Below are positions 20,623-31,509 of a DNA stretch of 32,000 nt, piece by piece. Within the stretch, counting starts at the first letter, position 1. The number at the start of each line of letters is the position of its first letter. The DNA is from Nitrosospira multiformis ATCC 25196. Lineage in GTDB: Bacteria; Pseudomonadota; Gammaproteobacteria; Burkholderiales; Nitrosomonadaceae. The stretch is taken from NCBI RefSeq assembly GCF_000196355.1, contig NC_007614.1, forward strand, positions 2,820,001-2,852,000, in the 5' to 3' direction. Position numbers and translations under genes: made by a program. Below the pieces are notes generated by a model that was not told the origin of the DNA, did no database searches, and worked only from the letters and a program-made list of their open reading frames with translations.

Positions 20623-21540
20623 TCAACCCGGCATCTTCAGGAACCGTGACGGATTTTGGGGCGAGCCCCTATGCCTGACTTCAAAGTGAAGATGCGGACC
20701 GGTAGAGCGGCCTGTGCTGCCCACTTCCGCAATCTTCTGTCCACGAACCACCACTTGGCCCACCTTCACCAAGCGCTTGGAGGCATGAGCATAGCGGCTG
20801 ACAAAGTCATTGCCGTGGTCAACATCAATCATATTACCATACTCAGGATGATAATCGGAATACACTACCACGCCCCCCGCCGCTGAGAGAATGGGCGATC
20901 CGGCAGGCATGATGAAATCGATACCTTCATGAAAATGACGCTTTCCGGAAAAAGGATCGATACGCAGGCCGAAACCGGAGGAGTATGCCTTTCCCTCTAC
21001 CGGCATTGCCGATGGAAGAAACTTCTTCCTGAGCCTGTCCTGCATCAGCAATGAATCCAGGGCATCGAGCTTGTCGGTGCGATCATCCAGCGTCCGTGCC
21101 AGCTCCTGTATCTGGCTGTTGAATTCGGTAAATGAGATATCCTGTAATTGCTGTGTAGACAAGGTTCCTCCCTGCCCGGGATTCTGGTTGAACAGGTATT
21201 CCTGCGGCTTCATGCCGGCCAGCTCTGCCAGTCGCACGCCAACGGAATCGAGTCGCAGCAGCTGGGCCTGCATCTGGCCCATCTTGATCGCCATGGCATT
21301 GAGGCTGTCCCGCAGATAGGACTGCGTTTTCTGTTGCTCCTCCTGCTGTGCACTTAAAACTAGTGATCGCAATGTAGGACTGTCGATCTTGTCTGCATAG
21401 CGCAGGGATATATAGTTGAGTACCATCGCCATCAGCATGGAAGCAAAAAGGAACCCTAAAACCACGAGCGTAAGATGTTTAGCGGTTAGAGTCAGGGTTT
21501 TTGCTTTTGCCGAATTATTGGAAATTAGAATAATATTCAT
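20623..21540 (-). CDS. Membrane-anchored M23 family (LytM-type) peptidase
   Basis: N-terminal TM (HLTLVVLGFLFASMLMAMVLNYISL), coiled-coil middle, then GFGLRIDPFSGKRHFHEGIDF, VDHGNDFVSRYAHA and GRSTGPHLHFEV. GGGGAG lies upstream of ATG 21540, so the tracked start at 21579 is probably too long. Confidence 0.94.
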   Translation of the reverse strand: MNIILISNNSAKAKTLTLTAKHLTLVVLGFLFASMLMAMVLNYISLRYADKIDSPTLRSLVLSAQQEEQQKTQSYLRDSLNAMAIKMGQMQAQLLRLDSVGVRLAELAGMKPQEYLFNQNPGQGGTLSTQQLQDISFTEFNSQIQELARTLDDRTDKLDALDSLLMQDRLRKKFLPSAMPVEGKAYSSGFGLRIDPFSGKRHFHEGIDFIMPAGSPILSAAGGVVVYSDYHPEYGNMIDVDHGNDFVSRYAHASKRLVKVGQVVVRGQKIAEVGSTGRSTGPHLHFEVRHRGSPQNPSRFLKMPG

Positions 21541-21565
21541 CTTCTCCCCTAATCGTGATTCAGCC

Positions 21566-22018
21566 ATGACTGCCCGCAAGATCGATTTCTACCTTGGGAC
21601 CCTGAGGCTGACGCCCGAGCATCAGCGGTTATTCAATCACGTGGAAAAGTTAACCGAGATGCAACGGGCATTTAAGAAAATTATGCCCCTTAACCTGGGC
21701 AAGCACTGCGCTTTAGGTGGCTTCTCTGAAGGAAGCCTGACAATTTGCGCGGATAACGGTGCGATTGCTGCAAAACTCAGGCACATGCTGCCATCATTAT
21801 TATTAAAGCTTCAGGCAGCCGGGTACGAGGTTACTGCAATTCGGATTGCTGTGCAAGCAAATTACAGCGACATTCGAGGAAATGATTTCCCCGACAAAAA
21901 ACGCCAAATAGATAAAGGGGGCATCAGGAGCCTCAATGTCCTGGCTGCGGGTCTGGAAGATTCGCCATTGAAAACCGCGTTGGAGTCGCTTCTGGAAAAA
22001 CAGGGACGGAGGCTCTGA
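21566..22018 (+). CDS. DUF721/DciA-like protein
   Basis: 150 aa from MTARKIDFYLGTLRLTPEHQRLFNHVEKLTEMQRAFKKIMP. Matches the small basic DUF721-type proteins usually found beside secA/M23 in betaproteobacteria. Family call is from memory of context and composition. Confidence 0.65.
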   Translation: MTARKIDFYLGTLRLTPEHQRLFNHVEKLTEMQRAFKKIMPLNLGKHCALGGFSEGSLTICADNGAIAAKLRHMLPSLLLKLQAAGYEVTAIRIAVQANYSDIRGNDFPDKKRQIDKGGIRSLNVLAAGLEDSPLKTALESLLEKQGRRL

Positions 22019-22349
22019 AAGAAAAGGCAAGGCCTTGTTCTATCCCTGGAATCCGAAAAAAACCGCGAGCCAACCAAAGGGGAGCAAAATCGGAAGAGAA
22101 CAAGGACAGAAGGAGGGATATTCCGCGATCACGTTGAAATGAGCAAATTGCCGCCCATGAACGAGCGCTGGGCTGAACGCTACCCAGGCGAAGGAAAATA
22201 TCCATCCCAGGAAATAGCGGGTCGCTCAGTTTGCCGAGACGACCTGCAAGAAAAACTCCCGATGATTACAATCTGTTCTGTCCATCTGCGCTTCTGAACG
22301 TGCGTCCAGGCAGATCAAAAGGCAAAAATATTCAGTGCAGCCAATGCTG

Positions 22350-22384
22350 CTGGAGAATCCCGCTCCAGACCGGGTGTAACCGGT
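22350..22384 (-). other. Tandem small hairpins just downstream of the ftsZ stop codon
   Basis: CTGGAG (22350-22355)/CTCCAG (22363-22368) and ACCGG (22369-22373)/CCGGT (22380-22384). No U-tract. They begin about 10 nt past the ftsZ stop. Confidence 0.35.
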
Positions 22385-22393
22385 AGCCGTTGC

Positions 22394-23563
22394 TCAATCG
22401 GCCTGTTTTCTCAGGAATGCTGGAATATCCAGTATATCCACCCCTGACTGCCTCATCGCTTCGACGGCTGCATCCCGCTGCCTGTTGGTTCGGATCGAAG
22501 CAGGACCTTCCGAGTCTTTCCAGTTCATGGGGTCGATATTATCCATGGCGGCCCGCGGGTGGACAACGCTCAAGGGCTTGGGCGGAACGCGCGTGGCGCC
22601 TCCCAGGCCGACTCCGCCCAGACCGGTCGCCACCACGGTTACACGCAGATCATCATGCATGTCGTCGTCAATGACGGTTCCGACGATCACGGTAGCGTCC
22701 TCGGCGGTGAAATCCTTGATCGTGTTCATTACATCATGTACTTCGCGCATCTTCATTGCGGCGTTGGCAGTGATATTTACCAGTACCCCACGCGCACCGG
22801 CAAGATTGATATCCTCCAGCAAGGGACTTGCAACTGCCTGCTCGGCTGCGGCCCGAGCGCGATCGGGACCACAGGCAATCGCTGAACCCATCATGGCCAT
22901 GCCCATTTCGGACATCACCGTTTTCACATCGGCGAAATCGACATTGACAAGTCCCGGACAATTGATCACTTCGGCAATACCGGCGACGGCGCTATACAAT
23001 ACATTGTTGGCCGCCTTGAATGCATCCAGCATGCTGACTTCTTCTCCCAGCACTGCCATAAGCTTGTCATTGGGAATCACGATCAGGGAGTCAACGTATT
23101 GCGCAAGCGCTTCCAGTCCCGCTTGGGCCGCTCTCACGCGCCTGCCTTCGAATACAAAAGGTTTCGTGACTACGGCGACGGTCAGAATTCCCATTTCCCT
23201 TGCAACCTGAGCCACTACCGGCGCAGCGCCTGTTCCCGTTCCGCCGCCCATGCCTGCGGTAATGAACAGCATGTCCGCCCCTTCAATCAGCTCGGCAATG
23301 CGGTCGCGGTCCTCGAGTGCGGCATGCCGTCCAATCTCTGGATCGGCGCCGGCCCCCAATCCCTTGGTGATCGTCGATCCCAACTGCACGAGGGTACGCG
23401 CCTGATTGCGCTTCAGCGCCTGTGAATCGGTATTGGCGCAAATGAAGTCGACGCCTTGCACACCGTTTTCCATCATATGATCTACGGCATTACCCCCGCA
23501 CCCACCCACGCCGATGACCTTGATAACAGCTTCCTGTGTTTGTGTATCCATGATTTCGAACAT
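22394..23563 (-). CDS. ftsZ: Cell division protein FtsZ
   Basis: Tubulin signature [13 protein letters not shown] and C-terminal [20 protein letters not shown] lies upstream of ATG 23563, so the tracked 23587 start is probably 8 codons too long. Confidence 0.97.
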   Translation of the reverse strand: MFEIMDTQTQEAVIKVIGVGGCGGNAVDHMMENGVQGVDFICANTDSQALKRNQARTLVQLGSTITKGLGAGADPEIGRHAALEDRDRIAELIEGADMLFITAGMGGGTGTGAAPVVAQVAREMGILTVAVVTKPFVFEGRRVRAAQAGLEALAQYVDSLIVIPNDKLMAVLGEEVSMLDAFKAANNVLYSAVAGIAEVINCPGLVNVDFADVKTVMSEMGMAMMGSAIACGPDRARAAAEQAVASPLLEDINLAGARGVLVNITANAAMKMREVHDVMNTIKDFTAEDATVIVGTVIDDDMHDDLRVTVVATGLGGVGLGGATRVPPKPLSVVHPRAAMDNIDPMNWKDSEGPASIRTNRQRDAAVEAMRQSGVDILDIPAFLRKQAD

Positions 23564-23694
23564 CACGTACCTCCCTTTTATGTTCAAACAATAAACGTTA
23601 CTCGTCGAACCCTGTCGGTATGCAATTCACTCTCGCACTCGCCAGGGGCAAAGTGTTGCTTTCAAACTCTCCATGGCGGCACGCAGCCGCCCAC

Positions 23695-24933
23695 TCAGAA
23701 ATTGACCTGAAACCAGCTTTTCATCCTGTCCAGGATTCGCGAGAATGAATTGCCCTCCAGCCTGGTTTGCTCGTGCTGTTGCAGTTGGTCCACTCCTGCG
23801 AGGATCAGGCCTATTCCAGTGGAGCATCTGGGTGTGACCACCACTTCCTCGAGACTACCGTGGTATTTGGGCAATCCCAGTCGCACCGGCATGTGAAATA
23901 TCTCTTCACCGAGCTCCACCATTCCTTCCAGAGAACTGCTGCCGCCCGTGATCACGATCCCTGATGACAGCAATTCTTCGAAACCGCTGCGCCGCAGCTC
24001 GGCCTGCACGAGCGAGTATAGCTCCTCCACGCGCGGCTCGATGACTTCGGCCAATGTCTGTCTCGACAGATGCCGGACACTCCGGTTGCCCACCCCCGCC
24101 ACTTCCACCATTTCGTGCGGATCGGCCATGCTGCGCAACGCGCATCCGTAGCGGCACTTGATGTCTTCGGCATCACTGGGAGAGGTGCGCAGCGCCAACG
24201 CAATATCGTTGGTAATCTGATCGCCGGCGATCGGAATCACTGCGGTGTGGCGAATGGCACCCCGGGTAAATATCGCGATATCGGTCGTACCTCCGCCGAT
24301 ATCCAGGAGGCAAACTCCCAGGTCTTTTTCATCTTCGGATAGAACGGCCATTGCGGAAGCAAGAGGCTGCAACACCAGGTCGCGCACTTCCAACCCGCAG
24401 CGGCGCACGCACTTCAGGATGTTCTGAACAGCCGATACCGAACCCGTAACGATATGAACCTTGACTTCGAGGCGTACGCCGCTCATGCCAATCGGTTCCA
24501 GAACATCCTCTTGCTCGTCTATGATGAATTCCTGGTTGAGCACATGGAGCACCTGCTGGTCGTTCAGTATATTCACGGCCTTTGCCGTCTCCATCACCCG
24601 CTCCACATCCTGCCGGGATACCTCCTTGTTCTTGATAGGCACCATCCCGTGCGAATTGAAACTCTTGATGTGACTCCCTGCAATACCGGTATAAACCTCG
24701 CGGATCTTGCAGTCCGCCATCAACTCCGCCTCCTCCAGCGCGCGTTGAATCGCGTTCACGGTTGCATCGATATTGACGACCACCCCTTTCTTCAGACCCC
24801 GTGACGGATGGCTTCCCATGCCGATCACGGTATATCCGCCCTCGGGCTTCATTTCAGCGACAACGGTCACAATCTTCGAAGTGCCGATATCAATGCCGAC
24901 AACCAGATTTTTACCTTCACTGCCTCTATTCAT
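23695..24933 (-). CDS. ftsA: Cell division protein FtsA
   Basis: NLVVGIDIGTSKIVTVVAE, CLLDIGGGTTDIAIF and GIVITGGSSSLEGM. The start is ambiguous: ATG 24933 gives the usual FtsA N-terminus, GTG 24966 is possible, and the tracked 25047 overlaps ftsQ. Confidence 0.95.
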   Translation of the reverse strand: MNRGSEGKNLVVGIDIGTSKIVTVVAEMKPEGGYTVIGMGSHPSRGLKKGVVVNIDATVNAIQRALEEAELMADCKIREVYTGIAGSHIKSFNSHGMVPIKNKEVSRQDVERVMETAKAVNILNDQQVLHVLNQEFIIDEQEDVLEPIGMSGVRLEVKVHIVTGSVSAVQNILKCVRRCGLEVRDLVLQPLASAMAVLSEDEKDLGVCLLDIGGGTTDIAIFTRGAIRHTAVIPIAGDQITNDIALALRTSPSDAEDIKCRYGCALRSMADPHEMVEVAGVGNRSVRHLSRQTLAEVIEPRVEELYSLVQAELRRSGFEELLSSGIVITGGSSSLEGMVELGEEIFHMPVRLGLPKYHGSLEEVVVTPRCSTGIGLILAGVDQLQQHEQTRLEGNSFSRILDRMKSWFQVNF

Positions 24934-25012
24934 TTGCCTTGCAATCCCTGCTTCCTCCCGTTTCACGGGATTCCCGGAAATCCTGCCTGTCTGTTCCTGG
25001 GGAGCTTCACTG

Positions 25013-25723
25013 CTATCGCGTTCCACGCGCTGCGAAACCACTGACATAACGTAAATCTACATAACTCAAACGTTGATTCAATCGCGCCACGACCAGATCG
25101 TGCGTCTGTACATAGCGCTCCAACCGCTTCTCCAAGTGCTCTCGCCCGAGCTCCAGTATCGTTCCGTTCCCGAGACGAACCCGCCATGCCCGCCGGGGTG
25201 AAAGTTCCACCTGCTCGACGTCCTGCTTCAACGGCTGTAGCAATTTGGTAAAAACCGCATGCTGATGCACCATTTCACGAACACTCTCTCTTGGTCCTTC
25301 AAATATCGGCATTGGCTCATCGGAGGTAGCATTGAATATCTCTCCCTGCCTATTGACCAGAGCACTGTCCCCCCAGTGTGCCAGCGGCACATGCTCCTCG
25401 ACCACCACGTCCAGCCCATTCGGCCAGATTCGCCGAACACTTGCTACCCTTACCCAGGCCAGTTTTTCGAACGTGTGCCGCGCAGCCTCAAGATCAATGG
25501 TTAAAAAATTTCCTCCCACTTCGCGATGAACCACGTCAGAAACCTGTTCTCGCGTCACGTGCCTCAGCTCGCCGCTGCCGCTGTTGCTCCTGATATGGAC
25601 TTCCTTCAGGGGCAGCAGCGGCAGATGGATCGTCCACTGGACCATAAGGTAGATCGTTGTCAGTCCCGCCAGCGTAAACAGCCAGTCCGCCACCTGGTTC
25701 AATGCCTGATGGTTATCCCACAT
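25013..25723 (-). CDS. ftsQ: Cell division protein FtsQ
   Basis: 236 aa, one TM, POTRA-like region [11 protein letters not shown]...[29 protein letters not shown], located between ddl and ftsA. Confidence 0.93.
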   Translation of the reverse strand: MWDNHQALNQVADWLFTLAGLTTIYLMVQWTIHLPLLPLKEVHIRSNSGSGELRHVTREQVSDVVHREVGGNFLTIDLEAARHTFEKLAWVRVASVRRIWPNGLDVVVEEHVPLAHWGDSALVNRQGEIFNATSDEPMPIFEGPRESVREMVHQHAVFTKLLQPLKQDVEQVELSPRRAWRVRLGNGTILELGREHLEKRLERYVQTHDLVVARLNQRLSYVDLRYVSGFAARGTR

Positions 25724-26642
25724 GGGCCAGTCCCAGTATCTTCAGCACCAGCTCCTCGAAGGATATTCCTGCCGCTTTTGCCGCCATGGGAACGAGACTA
25801 TGGGTGGTCATCCCAGGGGAGGTGTTCGCTTCGAGAAAATAGGGAGTGCCCGATTTATCCAGTATCAAATCCACCCTTCCCCAACCTTCGCAGCCCAACA
25901 GTCTGTGCGCCTGCAATGCCTGTTTCCGAATGAGGCACTCCTGCTCCTCGGACACGCCGCTCGGGCAGAAATACTGCGTCTTGTCCGACAGGTATTTGGC
26001 TTGGTAGTCGTACAGATCACCCTCGACCTGAATTCGCACCAGCGGTAACGCTACATCTCCGAGAATAGAAGCCGTGAGTTCGGTTCCTTCGATAAACTGC
26101 TCCGCCAGCACCATGGCATCATGGCGGGCAGCAAGATGCCATGCGGCAGCGACTTCCCCTGCTTCCCTGACCTTGCTCAGACCAATGGTGGAACCCTCTC
26201 GCGAAGGTTTTACAATCAGCGGCAGGCCCAACTCTTTTGCCACTGCATCAAAATCGCTCTGCTCATCGAGCAGGATATGGCGCGGCGTGTTGATGCCCGC
26301 GGACTGCCAGAGCAATTTGGTACGCCATTTGTCCATCGCCAAGGCGCTGGCCAGCACGCCGCTCCCGGTATAGGGAATCCCCAGCAGTTCCAGCGCGCCC
26401 TGGACTGTTCCGTCCTCACCATAACGGCCATGGAGGGCGATATGAGCGCGCGTATACCCTTGCTGCAAAAGCGCGTCCATGTGCTGTTCGGAGGGGTCGA
26501 ATGGATGAGCGTCCACCCCGGAGCTGCGCAGAGCATCGAGTACGGCTTTACCGCTTTCAAGGGAAATCTCGCGCTCCGCTGATCGTCCTCCGAGGAGAAC
26601 CGCGACCTTCCCGAAGTCATGACTACCCGCCATATCCACCAT
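25713..26642 (-). CDS. ddl: D-alanine--D-alanine ligase
   Basis: [39 protein letters not shown] and [16 protein letters not shown]. The start could be 26669, 26642 or 26633; all overlap the murB end. Confidence 0.96.
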   Translation of the reverse strand: MVDMAGSHDFGKVAVLLGGRSAEREISLESGKAVLDALRSSGVDAHPFDPSEQHMDALLQQGYTRAHIALHGRYGEDGTVQGALELLGIPYTGSGVLASALAMDKWRTKLLWQSAGINTPRHILLDEQSDFDAVAKELGLPLIVKPSREGSTIGLSKVREAGEVAAAWHLAARHDAMVLAEQFIEGTELTASILGDVALPLVRIQVEGDLYDYQAKYLSDKTQYFCPSGVSEEQECLIRKQALQAHRLLGCEGWGRVDLILDKSGTPYFLEANTSPGMTTHSLVPMAAKAAGISFEELVLKILGLAHVG

Positions 26643-27666
26643 CCTTTCTGTAAGCAGTCCGGGAGACATGCAACTCGGGTCTGGCGGGGGTCCCGATAAT
26701 GCGCACCTCCTGTTTCAGTTCGACGCCGGTCTGCTTTTTTACGGTTTCACGGACCGCAGCAATCACCGCTTCTATGTCGGAAGCGGTAGCACCCCCGGTG
26801 TTCACAATGAAATTTGCGTGGCGCGGCGAAACCATGGCGCCGCCGATACGAAACTCCTTAAGTCCGCACGACTCGATGAGTCGCGCCGCTTTGTCATTCT
26901 CCGGATTGCGGAACACGGACCCCGCATTCGGCAGGTTTAAAGGCTGAGTATGGATACGGCGGGCAAGCAACTCCTTGATCTTCTGCCGAACTGCCGCTGC
27001 ATGGTCCCGCGGCAGCGCGAACCATGCGCCCGAAAACCATTCGTCCGTCAGAGAATCGTCAGGGGCATTTTCTCTGGCGCCCATCTTTTGGCTCCCACTG
27101 CTCTTCTCTGCCTTCAATGCCACGTGCCGATAGCCAATTTCGTAATTCCCAGGCGGCCGTCGGCGCAATATCCCCAAGCGGTCTATGGTTTGCACACTCG
27201 AGACGATGTCCCAGGTTTCGGTTCCATAGCATCCGGCATTCATTGCCAATGCGCCGCCCACGGTCCCGGGAATACCTGCCAGGAATTCCGCGCCCCCCAG
27301 TCCCTGCAGCGCAGCAAACCGGGCAACTTTGGCACATGCTACACCTGCACCGGCATAGATCAGCATCTGGCCCATGTCGGATTCCAGCTGTAAACCATTC
27401 AGGCGTGCGTGCAGTACAACGACGCTGCCCCGCACCCCGCCATCGCGTACCAGAAGATTGCTGCCGAGTCCCATCACATATACCGGTTCATTCCAGGGCA
27501 GGCCGCGCAGAAACGCCGCGAGATCAGGCAAATCCCCCGGCAGATAGATGCGCTCTGCACTCCCGCCCGCACGCCAGGAAGTATAGTTCTTCATCGGCTG
27601 ATCATGGCGCAGTTCGCCGCGAACGCCGGCATAATCAAGAGAGAAGTTGATTTCCGACATATCCAT
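26623..27666 (-). CDS. murB: UDP-N-acetylenolpyruvoylglucosamine reductase
   Basis: [47 protein letters not shown] and [14 protein letters not shown]. Its start abuts the murC stop. Confidence 0.96.
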   Translation of the reverse strand: MDMSEINFSLDYAGVRGELRHDQPMKNYTSWRAGGSAERIYLPGDLPDLAAFLRGLPWNEPVYVMGLGSNLLVRDGGVRGSVVVLHARLNGLQLESDMGQMLIYAGAGVACAKVARFAALQGLGGAEFLAGIPGTVGGALAMNAGCYGTETWDIVSSVQTIDRLGILRRRPPGNYEIGYRHVALKAEKSSGSQKMGARENAPDDSLTDEWFSGAWFALPRDHAAAVRQKIKELLARRIHTQPLNLPNAGSVFRNPENDKAARLIESCGLKEFRIGGAMVSPRHANFIVNTGGATASDIEAVIAAVRETVKKQTGVELKQEVRIIGTPARPELHVSRTAYRKDGGYGG

Positions 27667-29148
27667 TCAGGAACCCTGTAACAAAAGCACTGCGGGTTCC
27701 CTGTTTTCTTTCGGGCTGACGAGCAGACGCGCTTCAACCTGCGAATCCCGGGAAAGGGTGGGGGCCACTCCTCCCACCGATCCTGCTCCCATTACCAGCA
27801 CCACATCCTTATCCCTGGCGATACTGTGAATCGCCTCCTCCAGTTCGTCCACCCGCTCGACAAAGATGGGTTCCACCTTGCCGAGCACGCGCAGCGACCG
27901 CGCGAGCGATTTACTGTCTGCGGCAATTATAGGCGCTTCGCCAGCGGAATAAACTTCCGTCAGGAGCAGTACATCGGCAGTGGATAGAACTTTGACGAAA
28001 TCTTCGAACAGGTCGCGCGTACGCGTATAACGGTGCGGCTGAAACGCCAGTACCAGGCGGCGTCCCGGAAATGCGCCGCGCGCTGCGGCGATTGTGGCTG
28101 CCATCTCCACGGGATGGTGGCCGTAGTCATCGATCAAGGTAAAACTTCCGTTTCTACCGGTTTCGGGATCAGTGAGGGGAATTTCGCCGTAACGCTGGAA
28201 TCTCCGGTCAACCCCCTTGAAATCCGCCAGAGCGCGGACAATGGAAACGTCCGGCAGTCCAACCTCATTGCACACGGCTATTGCTGCCAGCGCATTTTGC
28301 ACATTATGCAAGCCGGGCAGATTCAGCACGATTTTGAGTTTTCGAGTTTTGCCGTTAACCCCTATCAGGGCGGTAAAATGCATCTGACCTTCACTGTGAC
28401 GAATATCCGCGGCGCGCACCTGCGCCGTTTCCGATAACCCGTACGTGGTCACAGGCTTGGTAATAGCCGGCATGATCTCAAGTACGTGGGCATCATCCAC
28501 GCAAAGCACCGCCATACCGTAGAAGGGCAGATGCTGTACAAAATCCACGAACGCCTGCTTGAGCTTGCCGAAATCATGCTCGTAGGTATCCATGTGGTCG
28601 GCATCGATATTGGTGACCACCGCCAGGACGGGCTGCAGGTGAAGGAATGAAGCGTCGGATTCATCCGCCTCCACCACGATGAACTCGCCACGACCCAGCT
28701 TCGCGTGAGAACCGGCAGCCTCAAGCCGACCCCCGATAACGAATGTGGGATCCATGCCCGCTTCCGCGAGAACACTGGTGATCAGGCTGGTAGTGGTGGT
28801 TTTGCCATGCGTACCCGCGATGGCAATCCCCTGCCGCAACCTCAGGAGCTCGGCCAGCATGATAGCGCGTGGAACCACCGGCACTTTACTCTCCCGTGCC
28901 GCGAGAACCTCCGGATTATCGGGCAGAATCGCGGTCGAGGTGACGACTGCATCCGCCGATTCCACATGAGTGCGGGCGTGACCGATGTAAACCGTCGCGC
29001 CCAGTTTTTTCAGGCGCCGGGTGGTCACACTATCATGTATATCCGAGCCGCTGATCTTGTATCCCAGATTGAGCATTACTTCGGCGATTCCGCTCATGCC
29101 GGAGCCGCCTATGCCCACAAAATGAATATGCTTAACTTTGTGTTTCAT
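27667..29148 (-). CDS. murC: UDP-N-acetylmuramate--L-alanine ligase
   Basis: [48 protein letters not shown] and DDYGHHPVE. The natural start is ATG 29148; the tracked 29289 start adds a 47-aa sequence with no MurC similarity. Confidence 0.96.
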   Translation of the reverse strand: MKHKVKHIHFVGIGGSGMSGIAEVMLNLGYKISGSDIHDSVTTRRLKKLGATVYIGHARTHVESADAVVTSTAILPDNPEVLAARESKVPVVPRAIMLAELLRLRQGIAIAGTHGKTTTTSLITSVLAEAGMDPTFVIGGRLEAAGSHAKLGRGEFIVVEADESDASFLHLQPVLAVVTNIDADHMDTYEHDFGKLKQAFVDFVQHLPFYGMAVLCVDDAHVLEIMPAITKPVTTYGLSETAQVRAADIRHSEGQMHFTALIGVNGKTRKLKIVLNLPGLHNVQNALAAIAVCNEVGLPDVSIVRALADFKGVDRRFQRYGEIPLTDPETGRNGSFTLIDDYGHHPVEMAATIAAARGAFPGRRLVLAFQPHRYTRTRDLFEDFVKVLSTADVLLLTEVYSAGEAPIIAADSKSLARSLRVLGKVEPIFVERVDELEEAIHSIARDKDVVLVMGAGSVGGVAPTLSRDSQVEARLLVSPKENREPAVLLLQGS

Positions 29149-29210
29149 ACTTTCATTGTTTACACATAAAGTACGTGCAGTTGCTGTAAGACAAAGGCAA
29201 CATGACCACC

Positions 29211-30284
29211 TTAAACTGCAACCATTTGCATGCACGTCTCGGCCACGCACCGGGTAGCGTCGGGTTGCGCCAGTTCTCTCGCCCGGCATGCCATTTCCAT
29301 AAGTTGGCCCCTGCTCATACCCACCAGCAGCTCTGCCAGTCCTTCCGGAGTCAGTTGGCTCTGGGGTAGCAATATCGCAGCCCCTTTCCCGCTCAAAAAT
29401 TTTGCGTTCGTGCTCTGATGATCGTCCACGGCATAGGGAAAAGGCACCAGAATGCTGGCTACACCCGCTGCGGCCAACTCCGAGACGGTAAGTGCGCCCG
29501 CGCGGCAGATCACGAGATCACTCTCTCCATAGCGGGATGCCATATTGTCGATAAACGTAACCAGTTCACCCTCCACTCCCGCTTCGGAATAATTCTGCTT
29601 CAGCGCCTCCAGATGCCGGGCCCCCGCCTGATGCGTCACCTGCGGGCGCATTCCTTCAGGTATCCGCTTCAATGCCCGGGGTACGATGGTATTCAGGGCC
29701 TGAGCGCCCAGACTTCCCCCTACCACCAGCAGCTTGATGCTTCCGCTGCGACCCGCATACCTCTGTGCAGGCGGCGCGAGCCTGGTGATTTCGTCACGTA
29801 CGGGATTACCGCAAAACACCGCTTTTTTTTCACTTTTGATCGCGTCGGGAAATCCCAGCAATACCCTGTCGGCGAGTCTCGAGAGGATTCTGTTGGCAAG
29901 TCCCGGAATGGAGTTTTGTTCGTGTATCAGCAACGGCCGCGCAAGCAGCGAGGCCATCATTCCCCCCGGAAAGGCGGGATACCCGCCCATACCCAACACC
30001 ACGTCCGGCCGAACCTTCCGTATTACTCTTGCACTTTGCCAGAATGCCAGCAACAGACGCGCGGGCAGCAACAACCAGGTGCGAACGTTTTTCCCCCGCA
30101 ATCCGGAGAAACGAATCGTCTCCAGGGCATGCCCCTGCTGCCGCGCCAGCGTTGTTTCCATTCCCCCTTCTGTTCCAAGCCAGACTATACGCCACCCGGC
30201 CGCCTTCAAATACTCCGCCACGGCAAGACCGGGAAATACATGCCCGCCGGTTCCCCCCGCCATAATGAGAATCGTATGGCTCAA
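29211..30284 (-). CDS. murG: Undecaprenyldiphospho-muramoylpentapeptide beta-N-acetylglucosaminyltransferase
   Basis: [40 protein letters not shown] and [30 protein letters not shown]. The likely start is TTG 30284 behind AGGA. The tracked 30398 start would overlap ftsW by about 95 nt. Confidence 0.95.
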   Translation of the reverse strand: MSHTILIMAGGTGGHVFPGLAVAEYLKAAGWRIVWLGTEGGMETTLARQQGHALETIRFSGLRGKNVRTWLLLPARLLLAFWQSARVIRKVRPDVVLGMGGYPAFPGGMMASLLARPLLIHEQNSIPGLANRILSRLADRVLLGFPDAIKSEKKAVFCGNPVRDEITRLAPPAQRYAGRSGSIKLLVVGGSLGAQALNTIVPRALKRIPEGMRPQVTHQAGARHLEALKQNYSEAGVEGELVTFIDNMASRYGESDLVICRAGALTVSELAAAGVASILVPFPYAVDDHQSTNAKFLSGKGAAILLPQSQLTPEGLAELLVGMSRGQLMEMACRARELAQPDATRCVAETCMQMVAV

Positions 30285-30303
30285 GACGCCATTCCTGAAT
30301 TTT

Positions 30304-31509
30304 TCATATCCGATAACCTCTCGCCAACTGCCGGTTTTCCCAATCCGCGCGCAGCAGCACCGCCAGCGAGAGACAGCTTGCAACGATGCTGCTGCCACCG
30401 AAACTCATCAACGGCAGCGTGAGTCCCTTCGGCGGGAGGACTCCCATATTCACGCCCACGTTGATGAATGTCTGCACTCCCAGCCATACACCGATACCCT
30501 GCGCCACGAGTGCGGGAAAATAACGTCCCCTGACTGCCGACTGGCGGCCAATGATGAATGCGCGCGCTATTATCCAGGCAAACAACGCCAGCACGATCAG
30601 GACACCGACGAAACCGAGTTCCTCTGCAATCACAGCCAGAAGAAAGTCGGTATGCGCCTCCGGCAGATAGAAAAGCTTTTCAACACTTCCGCCCAGGCCC
30701 ACACCCAGCCATTCACCCCGTCCGAATGCAATCAGCGCATGGCTCAACTGGTATCCTTTTCCGTAGGGGTCATCCCATGGATCCAGAAACCCGAAGAAAC
30801 GCTGCATGCGATAAGGGGCGTTCCAGACCAGGGCAAGAAGGCCAGCAATCAGGAAACCAATCAGCCCGGCGAATAGTTTCAGGTCCATTCCTCCCAGAAA
30901 CAATATGGCCATCATGACAGTGGTAATGACAACGAAGGCGCCAAAATCCGGCTCGAGCAGCAGGAGAGCCCCTACGATGAGCGTGATGATCAGCATGGGA
31001 AGAAAACCCTTGCGGAAACTTCCCAGAAAGGCGGATTTGCGCACCGTGTAATTGGCCACGTAGATGACCATGAACAATTTCATGAATTCCGACGGTTGAA
31101 GATTCACCACCAGCAAGGATATCCAGCGGCGGCTACCATTGATTTCGCGGCCCACGCCGGGAACCAGCACCAGGGCCAGCAGGCATCCCCCCAGCAGAAA
31201 CAGTTGGAAGGAATATTTCTGCCACGACTCCATGGGGACCTGGAACGCAACAACGGCCACCAGCAAACCTGCCGCGACATAGGCGGCGTGCCGGATGAGA
31301 AAATAGGTCGGGTAACCGCTGCCCTCGCCCTCGGCAATCGAAATCGAGGCGGAATAAACCATCACCAGCCCAAGGCTCAGCAGGAGTATTGCTGTCCAGA
31401 TCAGGGCCTGGTCGAAATCCGCAGGCAGAACTTTCTGCTTTCCGGTACCGTACTGATAAATCATCTGATCAATGTCGTCCTGCAACCCCAGCTGAATTAC
31501 CGCCTGCAC
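30304..31509 (-). CDS. ftsW: Lipid II flippase/polymerase FtsW (SEDS family)
   Basis: Ten or so TM segments with SEDS motifs (ATYL-type PSGWEKYSFQ region, [54 protein letters not shown]). Start is GTG 31509 (overlaps murD) or ATG 31464. Confidence 0.95.
   Translation of the reverse strand: MQAVIQLGLQDDIDQMIYQYGTGKQKVLPADFDQALIWTAILLLSLGLVMVYSASISIAEGEGSGYPTYFLIRHAAYVAAGLLVAVVAFQVPMESWQKYSFQLFLLGGCLLALVLVPGVGREINGSRRWISLLVVNLQPSEFMKLFMVIYVANYTVRKSAFLGSFRKGFLPMLIITLIVGALLLLEPDFGAFVVITTVMMAILFLGGMDLKLFAGLIGFLIAGLLALVWNAPYRMQRFFGFLDPWDDPYGKGYQLSHALIAFGRGEWLGVGLGGSVEKLFYLPEAHTDFLLAVIAEELGFVGVLIVLALFAWIIARAFIIGRQSAVRGRYFPALVAQGIGVWLGVQTFINVGVNMGVLPPKGLTLPLMSFGGSSIVASCLSLAVLLRADWENRQLARGYRI

Noticed and set aside
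22019-22393. Possible decayed lpxC between ftsZ and the DUF721 gene
   Set aside because: No LpxC motif seen in any frame of the printed sequence by eye. I report only the absence and recommend a BLASTX check.
29149-29289. 47-aa N-terminal extension of murC in the ORF track
   Set aside because: The sequence before [15 protein letters not shown] has no MurC similarity and comes from the longest-ORF convention.
29418-30876. Two long plus-strand ORFs (334 and 380 aa) opposite murG and ftsW
   Set aside because: Shadow ORFs of conserved dcw genes; composition is not protein-like.
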